Below are positions 34,125 to 38,983 of a stretch of 38,983 nucleotides of DNA, one piece after another. The notes beneath the pieces are model-generated. The model worked only from the letters and a program-made list of their open reading frames with translations, did no database searches and was not told the DNA's origin. Source of the stretch: Octopus bimaculoides (lineage: Eukaryota); the NCBI RefSeq assembly GCF_001194135.2, contig NC_068985.1, positions 55,337,852 to 55,376,834 of the forward strand, in the 5' to 3' direction. The number at the start of each line of letters is the position of its first letter. The first letter of the stretch is position 1. The translations under genes and the position numbers were made by a program.

Positions 34125-34212
34125 TTACTGGGCAAGTGTCTTCTACTATAGCCTCGAGCCGACTAAAGCCTTGTGAATGGATTTGGTAGAAGAAAACCGA
34201 AAGAAGCCCGTC

Positions 34213-34270
<58 letters not shown>

Positions 34271-34450
34271 CCCACCATCGGTTGACAATCGATGTTGGTG
34301 TGTTTACGTCCCGGTAACTTAGCGGTTCGGCAAAAAGTTTCGATAAAATAAGTACTAGGCTTACAAAGAATAAGTCCCGGGGTCGATTTGTTCGACTAAA
34401 GGCGGTGCTCCAGCATGGCCGCAGTCAAATGACTAAAACAAGTGAAAAAA
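34125..34450 (+). mobile_element. SINE family A, 5'-truncated, CpG-rich
   Basis: gggcaagtgtcttctactatagcc...(TA)n(TG)n...ggccgcagtcaaatgactaaaacaag. Confidence 0.85.
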
Positions 34451-35041
34451 TAGCATTCAGAATTTAACGAGTATGCCACTATGTCATCACCCGACCTGCT
34501 AGAAATAGTAGCCAAATCCAAACCCCGTACTATATTAAATAAAGGACAACACATTTGATAAGGTTATCCCAGGCACCCCTAAAATAACAAGACGTTTAAT
34601 GGCTGGAATAGCTTTGATCATGGGTCTGTCTACTGGAGCAGGCTTGACCCAGGGCTAAAAGAAACTACGGCAATATGTTCGGGTTACCTGTTCGTTGTCT
34701 TACTAGTTCTAGCAGGTGTGATGTGGCCATGCTGGGGCAGTCATCAATTAGGATGTCTTCAAAACACAAAGACATTAAATACAAACAAAAAACTCAGATA
34801 ATTCGTATAACTACACGTTACGAAATATTTCTTTATGATCTAATAACGCGTCTCCAGTCATCAAGTTGACAGCATTGTCTTGGTATGTTTGACTCAATGC
34901 CTTGTCTAAGTACCAGCATTCTTGCTTATATTCCCTCAAAATGCAGGAACCAAAAACCAAAAATTAATAATAATATAACTCTGTTTCTCTTGAATTCTAA
35001 AATAAAACGAAAGATAAATGTTAAGTAAATATAAGAAATAC

Positions 35042-35594
35042 CTAATAAAAAATCAACCGGTCTGACGAATACCAAGTATTCATTTTCATAATTGTCTGTC
35101 TCGTCTTCTTCTGAGGAATTATTCTGAATCTTTTTGAAGTTAAGCATCGACTGAATTTCGTTGAGAGTAACAAGCCGATTCTCTTTGATGTAAAAATAAA
35201 AAGAAACAGCTTCGATAAACTCTTGCACTCCAAAAGTGTAGGCTTTGATATATTGGTAAGGGTCTTCTGCTTCTAGTTCTTTGGCGAGAGGAAGAAATTT
35301 TGTGCGCAATAATTCCTTAAACTTCGTGTCGGTTTGTCCGAGTATATTTTCGTTATCCCCTGAAGAATTTCGATGAAGTAGAAATATAATTCTTTTGCTT
35401 TCAATGGTGATGTCTCTACCCAGCTTAACAATTCGTTCGTATTTGTCGTGCCTAGCATCAATTTTTACTTGGTAAGTTCGAAAATTCTCGAGTAAATCTG
35501 AATCGATATCAGTTGTTGAGGCAGATTCTGGTGTGGATTTGCTATTTTTCTCATTCTGTTCCTTTAAAGTTAAAACGTGTGGATTTGCTGCCAT
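35042..35594 (-). CDS. TSNAX: TSNAX/TRAX exon 1 (184 codons + 1 nt)
   Basis: ATG in acaATGG context. Translation contains DARHDKYERIVKLGRDITIESKRIIFLLHR and GVQEFIEAVSF, diagnostic of TRAX. Phase-1 GT donor at 35041-35040, after which the ORF-track tail (ISYIYLT...) loses similarity. Confidence 0.95.
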
Positions 35595-36134
35595 TGTGTT
35601 TTCAACACAAAATGGACTGACAGAATTATTGGCCCTGATCCTCTTTATAATTCTATTCAGTTTGCATAACTTGGATGCTTCACAATATTTCCTCCTGTGA
35701 AATTAAATGAAAAAAATATTGAAAGTTTCACTAGCTCCTATAAAATTTAACAGGAATCTATTTAATAAAAGAAAAATATGCTTTTTTTTATAGAAATAAA
35801 TTAACTCTCTACAATAGTTTCATTTAATGTCAAGGTTATAGAGCTTCATCCTTAAAGGGACATAACTACAAATGTATACCCAGAAAATGGATACTTTTTA
35901 AAGAAATTTTCAACAAATAATCGCTTAGATCCTTTAAAGATTTGTTATTAAGTGTATGTAAAGATTTGTTAGAAGAAATTTTTCTAAGGGGTTGGGGAGA
36001 GGATTTTCGGAAAATTTACACGACTGGACATTTTCCCCCTCATAACTTTAAAGAAAATGAGTATTTTCTTAATGAAATTTTATATAAATAACTTTCAAAC
36101 GGTATAGATTACGATTACTAAGAAATTTGTAGGC

Positions 36135-36955
36135 GAACTTCTGGTTTCCGTCCCACTGCGTGGCACCTTGGGCAGGTGTCTTCTACAATAGCCTCGGGCC
36201 GACCAAAGCCTTGTAAGTGAATTTGGTAGACGGAAACTGAAAGAAGCCCGTCGTATATATGTATATATATGCGTGTGTTTGTGTGTCTGTGTTTGTCCCC
36301 CCCCAACATCGCTTGACATGCGATGCTGGTGTGTTTATGTCCCCGTAACTTAGCGGTTCGGCATAAGTAAACGATAGAATAAGCACTCGGCTTACAAAGA
36401 ATAAATCCTGGGTCGATTTGCTCGACTAAAAAAAGAGGCACTGTCATGCTATTAGCTGTCAGAAGTGAAAGTGTTCACTGCTAGTGAAGTATCTGTCTGT
36501 CTGCCTGTCTGTCGATTCTTTGGCTACTGACAGCTAATACCATGACTGGCCGGAGGGCGCTATATGTCTGTCTGTCTCTCTCTCTATCTATCTATTACTC
36601 GAAAGTTCGCGCGTCCGCACNNNNNNNNNNNNNNNNNNNNNNNNNNNNNNNNNNNNNNNNNNNNNNNNNNNNNNNNNNNNNNNNNNNNNNNNNNNNNNNN
36701 NNNNNNNNNNNNNNNNNNNNNNNNNNNNNNNNNNNNNNNNNNNNNNNNNNNNNNNNNNNNNNNNNNNNNNNNNNNNNNNNNNNNNNNNNNNNNNNNNNNN
36801 NNNNNNNNNNNNNNNNNNNNNNNNNNNNNNNNNNNNNNNNNNNNNNNNNNNNNNNNNNNNNNNNNCACTTTCACTTCTGACAGCTAATAGCATGACAGTG
36901 CCAAAAAAGGTGGTGCTCCAGCATGGCCGCAGTCAAATGACTAAAAGAATAAACT
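36135..36955 (+). mobile_element. SINE family A upstream of TSNAX, interrupted by a MITE at 36437-36902
   Basis: SINE sequence gctcgactaaa|...|ggtggtgctccagcatggccgcagtc resumes after the MITE. Confidence 0.85.
36437..36902. mobile_element. Young MITE with perfect 37-bp TIRs (interior partly gap)
   Basis: GGCACTGTCATGCTATTAGCTGTCAGAAGTGAAAGTG at 36437-36473 and its exact reverse complement at 36866-36902; flanks aaaaaaga and aaaaaagg. Confidence 0.75.
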
Positions 36956-37762
36956 GTTTTGGAAGGAGACGGGGGGAAGAGGAGTTTCGGATCAGACGGC
37001 CCACTTAAGTCGGAATTTATCCGTTTTGACGGGGATTTTTTTCTAATTTGTTTTTTTCAGCACAGTCATCGGAATGATAGAAAGCATCTTTTCACGAAAA
37101 AAAAAAAAAAAAAATTTTACGTTATTTTCACTCCTGCCACACCCTCACTACCCCAGTCCGGACTGTTTTGGTCAATTTTCTTTTTCACTACGCACTTAAA
37201 ACACGAGAGAAACATTTTCGTTTAAAAAAAAAACAAAAAACAAACAAATATTAATAATTTCAGAAGAAAATGTGTGATTTAAGATCTGGCTGTTGTTTCT
37301 AGCACATCTCAAGACCTCCCACCTCGTTGCGTTCTCACTCTCACATCTATTGATATTTTTATATTTTTCAATATTTTATTTCCCATAAACGCATTTTATG
37401 GAATGATAATGTCAAAGTAACATATACGTAGTCTATTGTTGGGATATAAGCAAAGAAAAAATAATGGTAATTTAAATTTTTATTCGCACCCCAACCGAGA
37501 GAGGCCGTGTATTTGTGTGTAAGAAAAAAGAAAACATTTTCTAACAGAAAATTATGCTATTAAAATAATTATTGAAGCAAGTTAACATGCTTGTGACATC
37601 ATCGTGGGCAGAGGTGAGGTTAAGGTGTCGGAACAGCCAAGCACCCTCATGCATCACTAATGATGACAAGAACTTCACTTGTCAGTAGCCCAGCACCTTC
37701 AAAGATCTCGAATGCCACAGGCTGGAAGAAATGGTTCAGCAACAAGTCCCGTTACTTTAGGA

Positions 37763-38016
37763 CAGTATTTCTCAACCGTTTTTTGCCTATGTACCCCTTT
37801 GTTTCCTCTTTCACTCAGGTGGACCTTTATGGCCACTCAATGTTTAAAAAAATCCTATTATATTTTTATAATTACATATTAGGAATTGTATAAAAAAGAA
37901 CTGTGTAAATATTTTATGTAGTGTAGAAGTATAACCAATTTATTGTGGATAAATTTTAACAACAAAATTTTATTTGGACCCCCAAGGGCCATGTGGATCC
38001 TGGTTGATAACCACTG
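37763..38016. mobile_element. hAT (Charlie-like) MITE
   Basis: TIRs CAGTATTTCTCAACC and GGTTGATAACCACTG; 8-bp flanks ctttagga and atttaaga (6/8). Confidence 0.75.
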
Positions 38017-38599
38017 ATTTAAGATTTTGTTACATTTAACCACCCTCCCATTTATTGCAGTATCCTGGAGCTAAGAGTTGAAGCTGAATTTTCACTTTGT
38101 TACATCTTGTGTAAAAAGAAAATGTAATTTTGTGGCTATCAAATAATGCCTGTATATGTATTACAAAATGGTTGTAAAGTTTAATTTAAAAAAAAATAAT
38201 TTTGCAATTGTTCATGAATATGAACAAAAGTGTTACTAGCACTAAGAAGCATTGTTCCAAATAAGCTGTCTGTCAATGGATCTATGAAAGCAAAATATAT
38301 ATTGTGTTTTTAATATGTGGGAACAAGCTCAACATTGTGAAATATCTAATTACACTGTATAACACGATTTTTGTCCTTAAATAGCAACTGTTATTTCCTG
38401 TTTGCTTTCTAGAAAACATGAAAAACGGCTAATATTTCCTTCAAACTTTGCTTTTGTTACATTTCTTCTTAACCCCAAAGAATCCTTCCTAGCACATGGC
38501 TATGATGCTCCCCAACTGCTCTTGCTCATAATCACAGATGCACATATTGTCAGCTACAAAAGGATATGCTCAACTGGTTAAGATAATACAAGTGACAAG

Positions 38600-38810
38600 T
38601 TGTTGTTGGCGCTCCGTCGCTTACGATGTCGAGGGTTCCAGTTGATCCGATCAACGGAACAGTCTGCTCGTGAAATTAACGTGCAAGTGGCTGAGCACTC
38701 CACAGACACGTGTACCCTTAACTTAGTTCTCGGGGATATTCAGCGTGATACAGTGTGACAAGGCTGACCCTTTGAATTACAGGCACAACAGAAACAGGAA
38801 GTAAGAGTGA
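38600..38810 (-). mobile_element. SINE family B 3' half, CpG-rich
   Basis: Collinear with 18612-18785. Confidence 0.8.
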
Positions 38811-38983
38811 GAGGGTTGGCCGGTACTACTAAAGCAGCACGGTCCCGAACGCGCTAGCTAGTCGTGAGTGGTCGATCCTAACCCTAACCCTATCCCTAAC
38901 CCGCGTGTGCAAATGAATACGGGTTAGGGTTAGTATCGACGGATCTAGTTCAAAACGGGGGCACCAGTTTTCATTTATGTTTT

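Noticed and set aside
34926-35041. C-terminal tail of the 222-aa ORF (ISYIYLT...FEGI) as part of TRAX
   Set aside because: It is read-through into the intron past the GT donor at 35041; similarity continues in the exon at 26053.
1041-37893. Most 60-140-aa ORFs in the six-frame track (e.g. the repeated MAEFLQLDALPNANH..., YIYIYTYIRRASFSF..., and poly-X ORFs)
   Set aside because: They are chance translations of SINEs, LINE UTRs, microsatellites or N-gaps; their recurrence reflects repeat copies, not a protein family.
61-38810. tRNA-like A/B-box sequences as tRNA genes
   Set aside because: They are SINE heads continuing into SINE bodies; no complete cloverleaf was seen.

Overview
AT-rich, microsatellite- and transposon-dense animal DNA. 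The SINE/LINE/MITE content points to a coleoid cephalopod, most likely an Octopus draft assembly with five N-gaps (inference). Two convergent host genes are supported by spliced reading frames. The first is the last two coding exons of a ZDHHC23-like palmitoyltransferase (+, 9254-9430 and 11230-11482); its upstream DHHC exon was not found in the window. The second is a complete two-exon translin-associated factor X gene (TSNAX/TRAX; -, 35594-35042 and 26053-25746; 286 aa) with its catalytic acidic residues present. The rest is mostly mobile DNA: three tRNA-derived SINE families, RTE/RTEX-, BovB-, Tx1- and CRE-type LINE relics, an IR/DR Tc1-like element with DD35E spacing, piggyBac-, hAT- and other MITEs, a Helentron/DINE-like fragment and several long fold-back repeats. 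The most unusual signals are a CRE-clade restriction-like-endonuclease retrotransposon in the TSNAX intron, 5'-inverted (twin-priming-like) RTE-clade LINEs, the DD35E fold-back Tc1, the intron-poor TSNAX structure, and a CpG-retention contrast between repeat copies near the TSNAX start and elsewhere. No prokaryotic-type system, CRISPR array, rRNA or true tRNA gene is supported. Repeat boundaries are approximate (tens of bp) unless TIRs, TSDs or splice sites are quoted.
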